Origin: Ruditapes philippinarum | Lineage: Eukaryota | Direction: 5' to 3' | NCBI RefSeq assembly: GCF_026571515.1 | Contig: NW_026861848.1 | Location: 62,001-126,000 of the forward strand | Length of the DNA: 64,000 nt | Shown: piece by piece, positions 1-13,940 of the stretch | Layout: every line of letters begins with the position of its first letter | Numbering within the stretch: position 1 is the stretch's first letter | Notes under the pieces: model-generated | Databases searched by the model: none | Told to the model about the DNA's origin: nothing | The model's input: only the letters and a program-made list of their open reading frames with translations | Made by a program: the position numbers and the translations under genes

Positions 1-3000
1 GGAAAACCCTGATCCGGATATATAATGATATATTGCATAAATGTTGTTTTAAGAAATATATCCTTGAAATCTTTACTCTATGTAAAATTATGTATTTAGA
101 GCTCTTATCAACGCTTCTTAATAATTCTAAAATGCGGTTTGTATCTGAATCTTACAACATTTGTCCTAGACACTGGCTTTTTTGTCGGCCTCCTTTCATA
201 GATTGCAATGTTGTTTTTTAATGACTTTTTTCCTGAGGATCATTTCTGTGCCTGTAAAGTGTTTTACTTTATGAACATTATTTTGAATCAGCACATATCA
301 GACTCACGGTCAAATATTACTCAATTTAAAATTTGAAATAACGACTTCTTCTTGACTAAGAAGCAGATATTGAAATAATCACTTAATCCAAAGTCTCAAA
401 AATGATATTCACAAAGTAGACATAAAATGGTTCTTAACACGCAATGTACTGCCATCACTTTTGTATAAGTACAATATAAGAAACGTGTATTTACAAAGAC
501 TTATATATCTTTTTAAAGCAGAGAAGATATCCTACTTTACATTTATTATAATACAGGTAATATGACAGTCTACAGGCCATGACATTTAACGTTATCTTAA
601 ATACGAATCTCTTTGGTATTATCTTATTGATTATCAAACACGGTAAGTGATTGGGTCAATTCGTTAAAAATCACTGTAATCTATTTACATTCAATTTACG
701 GACATTTCGATATATTGTCATTGTCTTACTCAGCGTACAAGGCTTTTATTTTCTGAGTGAATTGATGTCAATTAAATGACAGTTATGTTTTTCGTTTAAT
801 TATTGATTGTCAAATGATATTTTACTCAGCTCAAGATGTACAAACAAAATAGCATTAATTTTATATACAAAAAGTTATATTATTTGTTACGTTTGTAATA
901 ATTATAAATACTTTATTGACAAATCACTGTAAAGTGATATTTAACAGCTTTTTAGGAATTATTTTAATACACTTCTTGGTACATGTGCCGAAAATACGTC
1001 TTAGTTATACGCGTTCGTATTATACATCTTCGTTATAAAAATGGAAAATATTTTTTTAATTTCTCACATAACATTTATCGTCAGATTGCAACAAAACAGA
1101 TGTCAATCAAATACGTTTGTTGAACACAATAAACAAATAATATAACATTGTACATTTTTTTCAAGTTCTTTGATTGGAATGATAAACCACAACTTGATCA
1201 AGAGCCTATGTTCTTATAGTATGCGAACATAGCGCAAACAAATCATTTCATGACTCTACAATAGCATAATAAATATAAATTCCATGTCGCAAATAAATCA
1301 CAGCGATTTGTTATGAAAAAATAACAAATGATTTATATTTTATCATTTTTTACTTTGTGAATACATATAGCTCCGATTAAATGACAACTTGTGTGCTTAA
1401 GGAAATAAAATGATTGCCATTGAAATGCTGATATTATGGAATAGAATTGTTTACGTGTAAGTAGAACGAATGTCCTTTTTCGATGATATATTTAGAATGA
1501 TGTTGTCAGCATGAATCGAGGACGTTATCATCACTGGTGACTTGTTTTGAGCAAATGTCTCGAATTTCCTCCTAAATTGAAAGATTCTGTTCTTTTCTAA
1601 AATCACCAACATCCGCTATAAATGACTAAATTGACTAAAATACAAAAATCATACACTATCAAAAATATTTTAATCATCAACATTTCACAGGGAGATAAAG
1701 TTTTGATATAATTACATCCATAAAATAATTGGAAAATATATAGCTTAGAAAGCTATAATTTTTGGAAGATAATTGATTTGACAATAAATGCTTTCTTTTG
1801 AACGCAGCTCATATATTGTTCACATATACGCGGATCTTTCAATTAAATGTACATAGTGTTGTCTAAATGAATTAGATATTTAAAAATGTGGCCTTACTTT
1901 TGCTCTTATTCGTAATATAACAGAATAAATATTCTTTTTTAAATTACTTTACAAATAAACTGTTCCATCTATTCCCGTATGATTTCATGCAAACCTTTGT
2001 CCCGGTTTGTATTTGATTCTGTCTGAACAATTTTATTTCATTTCTGCATTCGTCGCCCTTTTAATATTTGCTTAATCAATAACATTCTAATATTGAACGT
2101 ATTAATCAACATTTTTTCTTGTTTGATACAGAAGTGATTGTACAAGAACTTTCTATACACTTTTTTTATTGCAACTTTTAAGGTCTTAGACCCATCATTG
2201 ACATATCTTAGAACCTATGGAATGTTAATATTTATTGAATCTATGCTACATGCCTGGCATGTTTGCAAATGTTCATTGACTTTTACCATCTAATAAGAAA
2301 ATTATGACCAAGTGTATGTTTTCGGCCTTTCCCTTTCTGGATCGTGTAAAATTTGCTAGAGTTGAACTATAGAAATGAGCTTATTTTCAACAGATATTGC
2401 AAAAACATTAGAAATTTGGTACCAAATTGTAGTACATTTATTATATTATCAAAATAAAATATCATTTGAGTGACAGTATTTGCAATAAAACTTATGAAAA
2501 CAAATATATGTTACCCTTGTCACTCGGAAAATGGCAAAATCGTGAAAATGTAGACTTGTACTTCAATTTTTCTAAGAATTTTCTATAACCTTCTTACAAG
2601 GTCCAGCCAATTGAAATACATAGAAATTATCTAACATACCATATGAGAAAAATAAGAGAAGCATTTACCATGTTGTTTGTAAAATATACAGCATTAAATT
2701 TGACAACCCCATAATCTGATTTTGGCCATTTTTCATCAACAGTACACATTTCGTCATGTAAAATTCAAAATACATTTTGAAAAGTATCAAACATTCTCAA
2801 AATGACCTAATTATCATGAAGCTATATTCTAAGCATTCTATAAATATGTTAATTACTGTATATACTGAGTAAATGTAAAAATTGTCAACTTGAAATGGAT
2901 CTCAACGTATTGTTCTGACTTTAGAAAGAGCACGACCAGTGTACTAAACTGTATTATTCCCAAAGTATCACCTCTGGAGCAACACAGAAGTATATCATAT

Positions 3001-3019
3001 AAAAATGCTATGTCATACA

Positions 3020-4871
3020 CTAATTCCTTGAAAAATACTGTGCAAGGGCAGCGATAACAGTTTCTAATGTTATTTTAGTATTAGTTACTCGTGGCTGACC
3101 GTCACAGTTCTTCATCACGAAAATGTTCCGAAGACCATCTTCGCCTTGGCGCTTAAAGATGCACCTTAGATGTTGTAGGTTTAAGCCGGATGCAGCAATA
3201 TTCTCGGCTGTAGTTAACTTACACACACTATTATAAATCAATACTCTAAGTGACGGCAAATTCTTTGCTTTTTCCCGACTGCACAACTGAGAATTGTACA
3301 CAGATTTTGCTGAAAATGTGTGTGGCAGCAGATCAACAGATAATATGTCCAAGTGGTGAATAAGTTTACCAAGAATCGAGACATCTTCGGAAGCATTATG
3401 AGCACAGTATGAAGCTCCCAATAGATCTTTTGCAAGGTCTTCCTGTTTGTAAGACTTCCTGTTTGGGTATGCTTTTCTAAATATAGACAGTGAATCCGCG
3501 CATCCAGCAACACACTTACACATTCTGTCCCTCAATCCTACAGTGTCACATGCCGTCAACAAAACAGGAAAGTCAAATCTTCTGCCATTATGCGCAACCA
3601 ATACAACATTCTGAAATTTTTCTAACCAATCACAATATGATTTCAAAGCTTCATATATGGAATAAGCCTCTACATTAGTTCCATTGTACTGCATCTTGTG
3701 ATCCACCATTCTTAGGCCGGTCACTTCTTATGCCTTGTCAGATATGGGCAATGTAAGTAGAACATACATATTGAAAGCTTTTCCACTTTTAGGTTCTGTG
3801 GCAGCAACCTGGGTAATATGTGGGATCTGGCCATCGTGTACTGAAACAAACAACACAATTATTTATAAATAAATAATTTTGAGCTGTTTTATGTGCTCTT
3901 ATAATAATCTGAGATCTTATTCTAATTCAGCTTGTTCCAAATAATGATAAACCATTCCTGATATATTGCATTTTTTTTTACAATTATATTTTAAGAGACG
4001 ACTAATCACTCAACCTAGTATTGAAGGACGATAATCTAAAATGAAAGCAACTGTGTTACAGTTTTCACATGATATATATCAACAAATTCGCAATACAGGT
4101 CTACTTACTAAGGCCAGTTGTCTCCAGGTCAAAAGCAATGTATGTAGGCTGTCCTTTTGGCAGCGCTATAGGTTTGAAGTCACCACGAGGGACTGGATCT
4201 GGCAGCTTTTGGATGTCAGCATTATCTGAATGCCCGATCTCTTAAATACAAATATATAGATTAGAATATAACCTATAAAAGGAAACGAAAGGTAATTTGC
4301 AAACTTTGTTTTAGTAATGTTTATAGTTACAAGCTTCTAATGATGTTCGAAGAAGGAAAAGTAGAAGGAAAACACCAGTACCTGCAAGACTGGCAGTATT
4401 TTGTCAAAATACATGTATATGAGCTGTGTCACGACAAAACCAACATAATGGGTTTGCGACCAGCATGGATCCTGACCAGCCCATGCTGTTTGCCATCAGT
4501 TTCTCTACTTGTAATAGAGTTGGAAAGCGAACAGCATGGATCCTGATCAGACTGCATGGATGCGCAGGCTGATCTGGATCCATGCTAGTCGCAAACCCAT
4601 TATGTTGGTTTTGTCGTGACACGGCTCATATGTTTGTTGTGTAAGTAGAAAAAACACAGCACAAATCACTTTATCTACCTGACTGATAGGACATGCCTTC
4701 AAGAGCTTCTTGAGCACCTTGTGTTATTGACAGCTCTTGTTTTAGTTGTAGTCGCCGCCGCTTAGTCGATGGCAGTGCCGATCTTTCCTGGACACGCTTC
4801 CTTTGCTTCTGGCATTTATCTGCATATCTGAGGCTGCGGACACCAGGGGAAAGACCTGCCTCGGAGTGTAC
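3020..4871 (-). pseudogene. Spliced transposon-borne ORF, 5'-truncated: transposase-like C-terminal tail fused to a DEDDh (DnaQ-like) 3'-5' exonuclease and a PML-C/Exuperantia-like helical domain; one in-frame stop
   Basis: Three phase-compatible GT-AG exons. Exon 4871-4679: VHSEAGLSPG...KRRRLQLK...EGMSYQS. Exon 4240-4109: ...TYIAFDLETTGL. Exon 3840-3020: HDGQIPHITQVAA...ISDKA*EVTGL...AHNGRRFDFPVL...AHNASEDV...IAASGLNLQHLRCIFKRQGEDGL. ExoI (DLE), ExoII (HN..FD) and ExoIII (H...D) motifs are all present. TAA at 3730-3728 interrupts the frame. No further upstream exon found. Confidence 0.85.
4417..4631. mobile_element. Palindromic MITE, internally deleted copy, inside an intron of the exonuclease ORF
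   Basis: Long terminal inverted repeats atatgagctgtgtcacgacaaaaccaacataatgggtttgcgaccagcatggatcc ... ggatccatgctagtcgcaaacccattatgttggttttgtcgtgacacggctcatat; second copy at 41424-41666. Confidence 0.9.
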
Positions 4872-5357
4872 CTGACAGCAGTAATCAGATTATTTGGCAC
4901 ACTTTTAAATGACATATACAGTCAATCATGGATATTGTAAGAAAAGAATTTTCTTGATCTATATATAAACCCAGGCAAAAATAATTCAGATAAAATGGGA
5001 ACTATTCATAACTCTTTACTATTTTTGAGGAAAATTGCATTATGATTTTTGTAAAAGTAACACCATTATTCAATAAAGTTTGCTTTACACACCAACACTT
5101 AATACATTCCATCAAGATGCATAGTGGTCTATAAGCAATATTTTTCTTAATCATCACTCAACATTTTCAACAGCAATTGCTTATATCTTTATATAAAAGT
5201 AATCTTGGGGATCTTTTGTCTCATAAAACTGACTGGCATACAGGTCCTATCTGCTTAAAGCATAACAGAAAATTTAATGACAATCTTTCCAAAGTTCTAG
5301 AAAATGTAGACAATTTGGATAAAAATCTTAAATGATTTTGCTTATCTGACACTTACA

Positions 5358-5360
<3 letters not shown>

Positions 5361-5439
<79 letters not shown>
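5361..5439. repeat. (TA)n microsatellite
   Basis: Perfect dinucleotide run of about 39 units. Confidence 0.98.
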
Positions 5440-5441
<2 letters not shown>

Positions 5442-8400
5442 ATTCCGTTCTTTTTCTTTTGTACTGCTTTATTAAAGAAACATTTAAACAAAATTTACAC
5501 TCTTGATAAAATCGAATTATTTTCAAATATATATGTAAATGATTTGTCCATTCGAATTAGTTTGCTCGTTGACAAAGAAAATCCGTAGTTGAGTTATTTA
5601 GACATATAGAAATTAAAAGAATAATTTGCTGTATGTAAACAATATTCATCGAGATGCTGAAGAAAATGATAAATTGTAAAGATTTCATGCATTGACTGAA
5701 TCTGATGTATCTTGTATTTCGCAGATGGATACATAAGTGTTCCTCTAACTTTGGATGGAAATAGAAATAACTAGGATTATAAAAGGTATCTGGTTTGTAA
5801 AACATTTTACTTTTACACTTTTGCTCTTTCTGCGTTTATTGATTGACTGGTATGCATAATGATATATCGAAAAAAATGTGAAGGTTCGAAAGGCGGAATT
5901 AACAAGCTTTCTTGATTAATCAGAATATCGATAAAAGGGCATTCAATGCTATTCATGCAAAGATTACACACTATGTTTTAGTGAACATCAACATTCACGT
6001 GGTAGAACTATTTTTTAACATTTTAAAAATTATTTTGAATTTATGTCTGTTCAGAATGCACTAATACTTAAATCCAAAGCTTTGGCCTGAACTAATGATT
6101 GTATAAAACATTACATAAGCTGTAAAATGGACAAAATCATAAGTACCAATGCTATTGATGATTTTTACAATAGTTATAATGCCTATTTGTTATTGCTGTT
6201 ATCATTTTTTTTTTAATTTGTATTAATGTAATAAATGTAACCACTAAGCGTACATTGGCTTTAATAACAACTTATTTCTGACCATTCGCTTTCACGAACG
6301 TATCAATTTAGCAAACTGTGTGACGAACATTGATATGTGATTGTATCTCTAAAACAAATTAAGTTTATAAGATTAAATTGTCTTAAAATTAGACAGAATG
6401 CAATAAGTTTTATTGTTCTGAAAACTACCTTGTAATAGCATTACATTAACATTTTGTTCAAATTTTTCTCTTTAAATGCCAAAGCTATAATTATTCTGAG
6501 CAAATAAAATCGTGACGGAATTAAAAATGTAATATTTGAACGAAAATTCCTTCAGTGTTTAGGAACACCATTAAAGTGAAAATACACTTCATTTCTTTAA
6601 ATGCTATGGTATTTTCTAGGTAGTTTATTTTGAGTTTATGTTCATTTTCATTATACTTCATTTGTTATCTTTATATTTATTTACCCTTAAATAAGCAAAA
6701 TTAATCATGATCTCATTCATTTTCAAAAAACACTTTATACTTTGCACATAATTTTACACATAATTAGTCAAGAATTACCTGGGGTTCGTGTAATGCTAAA
6801 TTGTATGCAGACATATTAAATACAACTGCAAAGTCACATTTAATGTGACATCTTACAGTATGTTCTTTGATTTAAGTAATGATGTTTGAATATCAATTTC
6901 GAACCTATAACTTATTATATTTCTCAATAGAAAAAATTTTATCACCGAATTGGTACAAACACTGTCATGGGTAAGTGTGTTTGTTAATTCTTTGATCATG
7001 AAACGTTGTACTCATTTCTTCGAGAGTACATGTTTTGCTATATTATACATATCACATTTGAACTGAAACAAATTTGTATTAAAACAACATTTAAGCTATA
7101 TTAAACATTCTCAAAGCAACGTATATCCCTTTTTTTCTAACAGATATAAAGTTTTATGATTTTTCTTAATAAACACGACACATTCCATTTTTAAATGTAA
7201 ATAATGTGAATGGAACATATAATCTATGCGAACAAACCTCATTAACATTTTATATATTTTGCACACACGCAATAACATGCAATTATCTTTCTAATGAACA
7301 TTTAAGAATACATGTATTATATAAAATTATGTCATTTTGATACATGAAATCTCTTGACAAATAAATAGAACATAAACATGCTCTGTTTGTGCCTTTTAAA
7401 TAGTTCTAGATTGCTGTTATTTTGTCTTGACTGAGTTTTGTCTCTCTGTCTAGTTTTATTATTAAATAAAGCTACAATCACAACTGTTACTGATTTAGTA
7501 AAATTAAAGCCTTTGTTTTAATGCTGATCTGTAAAATAACCTAAAAACGAAAAGGAACACGGATTGGCTTTGTCTAGCTATTGGGACTAACGCAAGAAGT
7601 TAGGTTTCTTTTAATTTGATATCATTAGCATGAAGGGTAATTCTTCCATAGTTTCACAAAATATTGCCAGCTTCCTTCCAGTGAATGTTTACATGCGAAC
7701 CTTTTCATTCCGAACGATAATTAGGGTCATGCAACATGTCATTTTTGTTTTTTAATGATTCTTTTACATTCTTTCCTATTATATATCAGATGTCCTCAAT
7801 GTGTAAGTTTGTCATCCTACAAATACTAAATTTGGATTACCCTTACTTGAATTCTACAATTTAACTTAAATGAATGTTGTTAAACAGTGATAATTATCAT
7901 GTTTTGTTTCGTTTATTTGTTTAGAATCATAACAGTCCGTTTTGTGCTAAAAAAAACTTCATGGAATCATTATGCTTGTAAAAAGCAACACAGAAGAAAG
8001 CCCTTAAAAATGATTTTTGTATTAATTTTTATTTTATTCAGTAGATGCTAAAATTAAAAATCATTAGTCTGTTGAGAAGCTGTCATTTAATAGACGTCAA
8101 CGAAATACAATTTATAGGCACAAATATAGGGCACAAAATGTGTTACAATAAAAACGCCAACAAACGCATAACAGGTATAACAGTCCGTCTAAATCGCTTA
8201 CCTACATGTATGACGTTTGAAATTATTGAGAAATCCTGTCAAAGTTAAGTAACAACACTATAACATTTTGTAAATTTGTATTACCCTTCTAATTCCGGCT
8301 ATTGACAATTACTTATGCGTGTGCGTTGATGTCTGAAACATATGAAATAAATGTTCCAAAAATTTTCAATTCATTCAATCCGAGTTAATTAAATAACTTT

Positions 8401-10554
8401 GGAACAGCATTGTAATTAGTGCTTTACAAATGGTAGACATTGAAAAGGTTTGGTTGAATATTTGTGAAAAGGTTGTTGCTAGAACTGTTAGAAAAACTGA
8501 AACGAGTAGGGTCATTACTCCAAAGATACTATAATTCAAAACATTTTCATCTTTAATATGAAAGGAACGCCTACAAGATTCTACAAAGCTGTCAACAGAA
8601 GACGCTAAAGTTTTTTTTATTCATTAGATTAATCTCGATAGTCTCATCTAGGATTAAGTAATGTCATTTATGTTTTATTCAATGCTACTAAGTGACATTT
8701 TATCAAAAATGTATGTACAATGTATGACACAAACACGTTTTAATTGGAAGAGACAAATGAACTGTAAATGTTACTGCATCTATCAATTAGATATCAATGT
8801 ATTATAAATTAAAGAAAAAGTATCGTTTTCTGTATATATCATCCATGCAAGTAAAACACTAGTTTTCTTTTAAAATAAGCGTTGTTAAGTATGTTCGAAC
8901 ATTTTGTAGTTTTTTTACCTTATTTTTCCTCGCATGTTGATCAGCTGGTTCATTGATGACTTAAGGCTTAGTCTAACTAACAGTTCAGACAGAAGGTCAA
9001 CTTGATTAAACAAAGTCATGGCATTCACCCTGTCACATAGAAATGATTACTCATTGTCGGACATTTTTTAGATAAATGCAATCTCGATAAAGAGAAAGAC
9101 AGAATAATGACAATAATTGAATATATCTCATGGAAACAATTTTCTTAATATGCAACCTTTAAATATTATTTGCTCTTAAATCTTCATTTGATTTCACATG
9201 GCAAATATTGCCAAACTAATATATTATCGAGGAAGAGGCAAATTACAAATTTCTTCTGTTAAAGAACATTCAGATATTGAAAGTACTTTCACGAAAATCC
9301 GACCTAAACTAGATATCTGCAGTTTAGCGGTCTGATTAACGGTTCTAAATAAGAAAAATGATTTGAAATATTTTATTTAGATAACGAAAATTATATTTTA
9401 TTATTGCCAGTATTTAAATTGACATGTGTCCGTATTAGAAATTGACCCGTATTGTAAAATGGGTTTTATCGAAAAGTTATTTCATTAATTTGATTTTCTT
9501 ATTATTGCATTCATTTTGCTAGTCAATTAAAATATGCGTTCTTTATAGCAATAACACGCATAACGTACCGTTTCATTACTTTGCACAAATTCAGATGAAC
9601 TCATTCAGTTTAGTAGGTTTTTATCCTGCTTTGATCAAGAGGGAAAGTGCGCGCTGATGGGGATACTTTACATCTCACATTCCTTGTTTAGAATTATGTT
9701 TTAATTTATCAGATTGATTGCCATTGTACGTTTAAACAAAGTGAAACCATATCTACTTACATGAAATATTAGTCTTGACAAATACACATTTGAAAGCTTA
9801 CAATTTTGTTTTCAGTCTCTTGAAATTAAAATATCTTTAACTTAGGCTGCTTCCAATATTTTCTCTGAAAATTAAACCATATAAACCTCAAAGCAGTTAC
9901 CAAATTACTGAAAACAAAGAAATCATGACAGCAACAAATAAATATTTATTTTCTAAAGATAAAGATCCGTTCAAGTATGATGTAAACAAATACAATATTT
10001 GTTGTTTTATTAACCGTTGATGTCTTAATATATACATTGTATACAATGTACATATATTTCAGATAGAATCTCCAAAATATTAACTCGAGAGTTTTCTTGT
10101 TGTTGTTTTTTCTTTATTTGTCTTATGTTTTACCGTCACACTTTTGCTGCACGGACACATATATGTCATATACATGTATATACATAGACTGACTGACTTC
10201 TAGCTTGTGCATTTCTTTCTTAAATATCAAGATAATTTTTGTTTTGTTTTCTATAAACAAACAACTAATTTTTTAAGCAAATGCATGTTTTTTAATTTTA
10301 AAATGTGGAAAGGTCGTCAAATATATGCACTTTATATATAAATATTTTTCAAACTTAATTAAAACACTCTGTATCAGATGTGCTTGGTTTGGTTATTATT
10401 AATAAACATAAAAAGTTGCATGTATTATTGGATAGAAGTCTATCAAACCTGTAAATCTGGGGAACACTCATCAGATATATGGAATACGTTAAAGTAATTC
10501 TGACATCGTTTAATCAAGTAATAGTTTTAGTACATTTAACGAGTTAGTTACGAC

Positions 10555-10674
10555 GATATAACACTGGCATAGGCGACATCAAGGGATGTTTCTGCTAAAA
10601 AATGGTGAGGCCGTCAGGCCGAGACATTTTTTTTGAAGAAACATCCCGAGAAGTCGCCCAGGTTGTGTTATATC
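10555..10674. repeat. Long imperfect palindrome, likely core of a non-autonomous element
   Basis: Left arm gatataacac..ggcgac..gggatgtttct..aaaaaatg pairs with right arm catttttt..agaaacatccc..gtcgcc..gtgttatatc around the core gaggccgtcaggccgag. Confidence 0.75.
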
Positions 10675-12649
10675 CTCGCGACGTCTATGCTTACCATTAC
10701 TTTCAGATAATATAAGGCAAAAGTATCGATCTCTTTGAGGGATAGCAGGAAATATCTTATTGCTAAAAAAAACTAAACCTCTAAGAAAAGATTTTCTCAC
10801 AAAAATGTTTGAAAAGATAATTACAGTCATGCAACATCTCATTAAATTTTCATCAATTTTTGAATTTTTTTTCTTCATTTTTATACCGACTTTTCTTGAT
10901 CTGGCAGTTTGCAATAATATATGAATGTGACGAAAGGGACCATTAGATGTATTGGTTAAAACGAAACCGACTTGGACAGATATGTTTGGTAGAAGTAATA
11001 AATAAATAGCTTTTATACAATTTTCAACTTCTTTGCATGACTATTTTGAGTGTTATATGACCATCTTTCCGGTTAGTTACATAGTGTTTCAAGCCAGCTT
11101 CAAGCTACAATCTTATTATTGAAATTGAAATTTGGAAATGTCGAAACTTTAAATCAATTTACAAAAACGTAAATACGTTCTTTCGTTTTAAGAGGTGCTT
11201 TCTAAAAGTAGCCACGAGTGAGAATACTGTTTTTAAAGTTCACGAGATGAAATAAAATTACATCTCACACAACAAACAAACAAATTTTCTTTTTGTTTTA
11301 TGCTTAAAAACAAGTTAAAACGAAACTTAAGTTAATATTAAAATCTGTTTTCCCAATTTAGAGCCTCAAAAAAGTCGAATTTCTCATTAAATACAAGAAG
11401 TCATGGGCTAAAAAATAAGTTCCACAATCAACGTTAAATGGTGGTGATAGTATTCATCTTATTAAAAAATATGTCTTATCGCTTGTTTAAATAATAAAAA
11501 CAAACAATTCTAGTAGGAGAAAAAGTCCAACCATCCATCCATATTTCTGTTACTGACTGCGAATTTATATTAGTCCTGGCTATGTTAAACGTAAGCGGCC
11601 GCCATTTTTAAAGTTGTGTATTTCACTGGATGAAAATAATTGTGTCTGATTCAGGGGGATATCATTTGGATTTGTTAGTCATACACCTATTTAAAAGAAA
11701 GAAAACTTATTTGAGGATTGTAACAGACAATAAATAAGTGTTTACAGATGTGTAAACATTCAAAAAAGTGGAAAGTAAATTGGAAAACTTGGGAGCCTTA
11801 CGAACGCTGGGTTGTTTTACATATTCTTCGACTGAAAGCTGCCATTGGTTTTTTAAGGTTTTCATAAAGCATACGGCAGTTTTTGCTCGTAGGATACTTA
11901 AATATTCCCAAATGTCGTCAAGAGCAGTTTTGCATGTGGAAGGAATGTATTTTTTAGACTGTAAAAATGAAACCAAAAAAATAAAGAGACGATATTTGGT
12001 GATTGGTAATTTGAATGAATAGAAGTAAGTTACTGTAAGTTTTCTTCTTTTTATTACTTTTTACATATAAGTTATTTATCAGTTTCAGGTTTGCTTTTCT
12101 TTAAACAGCCTGACATTGTCGGAATAGTCACCAAAAATAAAATTGAGGTACCACATGGGGAAAAACTTAAAAAAGTAGTTTCGTCATTGAAAAGTGTGAA
12201 ATTATATTTTGATAATTTTCACTGTGAGATTATCAAATATACTTTTCAAGGATAAATCAGTAATCCACTGAAAAGCATAAAACAAATTCCTTTAATCTCA
12301 TTATTTACAAATCTTTTAACTTTATTCTATCATTATGGACTGATATCATGTTATTAATGTCCATTCGTTATGTTGCAAATGCATGTTTTATAAAGGGGGG
12401 ATTCTGAACATTGTAATTTATAAGAAAGTGAATAGTATTTATTGCCTTATGGCAAAAGGGTATAACTCTGACTCTGTGCCTGTCAAAACTGAACGTGCAA
12501 GTCAATGTTCAAATGGCATATCGCAGCTCTTTATATATAATTATCTCTCTTTATATTGTTAAAAAAGTGGTTTCAGTTTGATATACTTAATGTACTGAAA
12601 GAACAAATTGCCGGTATAAAACGACTATGTCAAGCGAAATTACGCTGAC

Positions 12650-13940
12650 AAATTCCTTGGTTTGGGGCTTTGGGTCTTATATTGTGCAAAGAACATTCTT
12701 CAAACTGATACAAAAACGAATCTGCAAACTAAACTAATGTATTCAAGGTTAGCTCGAAAAATGGTGTCTTTTACGAACATTGATACACTTTATATACAAA
12801 TGAAAAAATAGCCCGTACACAAAATGACAAAGCCACGCGGAAACCTCATGGGCATATTGCTTTAAATAGGACTTTGGGTCTTGAATTTTGCTAAGAATAC
12901 CCTCAAAACTGACACAAAAACAAATTTTCAAAGACATAAGACAAATGATATTTTCATGATTGGTTCGATAATATGGTTTTTATTGCGAACATTGATGACT
13001 TTTACATATAACAAATGGCCTGTACGAAGAACACGGCCACGCCAAGAGGAAATCCCTCAGACACATTCCTTGGGTTAAGGGCTTATGGCCTTATACTGTG
13101 CAAAGAAGACTCTCCAAACTGATACAAATTAAATGGTTTCCTGCGGGGAACATTTTAATGATATAAAGATTTTTCATTTAACTAACTATTTTCAACATTA
13201 TTTGGGGGGGGGGGTTAAATAAACGTTTTTTTATCAGGAATATAGTTGACAATAATCGATCAATATAGAAGAAGGGTTTTGGAAACAGGTGACTGTTGAA
13301 GACCGGAGAAGGTCCAACATAAAACAATTATTTCTTTTTAAGAAAATGATTAAATAGGCCTACCATTTTATGAATAATTCCGAGCAAAAAAAAAATAAAT
13401 AAAGTAAACACACAAGTTTACGGAGAAAATATCTCTACTTATTGTGGCAGATGCCTCTACGAATATTTTAATTTTGTAGATTTTCAGTATAAACAATTTA
13501 TTGTTTGTAAAATTTGAGATAGATATTAATGAAACATTGATAGTTTTCAAACACATCATTCAAGTTTTTCCACCTTAAACGGTAACATAATTATAGAAAA
13601 TTAGAAATATCATGTAATAGTTTTTTGTTTTCAATTAGGTATAATTCGGACTAATTCCCTACAAGTAAATCCGTAACGTACCGGCAAACAGTATTAGCTG
13701 GGTTTACGAAAAGGTCGATTAACCAATCATATACGGTTGATAGATCACATGCTCCTCCATGTACCGATAACAGGTCACGTGCTCCTCCATGCCTCAAAAG
13801 TTAAACGCATACCAATACCCTGCGGTCTCCAGACCGCAGGGAATAAAACAAATCTGCAAAGCAATTAGACACATAATCTATTCAAGGTTAGCTCGAGGAA
13901 ATGTTTTCTTTTACGAAACTTGATACACTTTAAATACAGA
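12650..13940. repeat. Degenerate ~205-bp tandem repeat (about 3 units), third unit split by an insertion
   Basis: The motif ctt(t/a)gg..ttatattgtgcaaagaa..ctcaaactgatacaaaaac.aat recurs near 12668, 12872 and 13082. The block ttcaaggttagctcga..tcttttacgaa.c.ttgatacacttta occurs at ~12742 and again at ~13881. Confidence 0.75.
13128..13846 (-). mobile_element. Helentron-associated non-autonomous element (HINE/DINE-like)
   Basis: Cleanly interrupts a satellite unit (caaactgatacaaa|aacaaatctgcaaa) in an A/T run with no TSD. Terminal hairpin ccctgcggtc-tcca-gaccgcaggg at 13818-13841, matching sub-terminal cctgcgg near 13140, and an internal ~30-bp tandem at 13743-13790. Confidence 0.65.

Larger units (their letters stand above)
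2182..5360 (-). mobile_element. Truncated DNA transposon (Kolobok/Mutator-like transposase group) carrying the exonuclease gene
   Basis: Candidate terminus TTAA|GGTCTTAGAC at 2178-2191 (TTAA target plus purine-purine end, as in Kolobok). The LSPG...KRRR..LK...EGxxY tail resembles the C-terminus of PF20700-type transposases. The other terminus was not found and the sequence runs into a (TA)n tract. Boundaries are approximate. Confidence 0.5.

Noticed and set aside
1506-2060. Possible minus-strand terminal exons (EEIRDICSKQ...; GDECRNEIK...)
   Set aside because: Short open frames, one with a poor acceptor, and no recognisable product; compatible with chance.
4340-4622. Short ORFs on both strands
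   Set aside because: Translations of the palindromic MITE.
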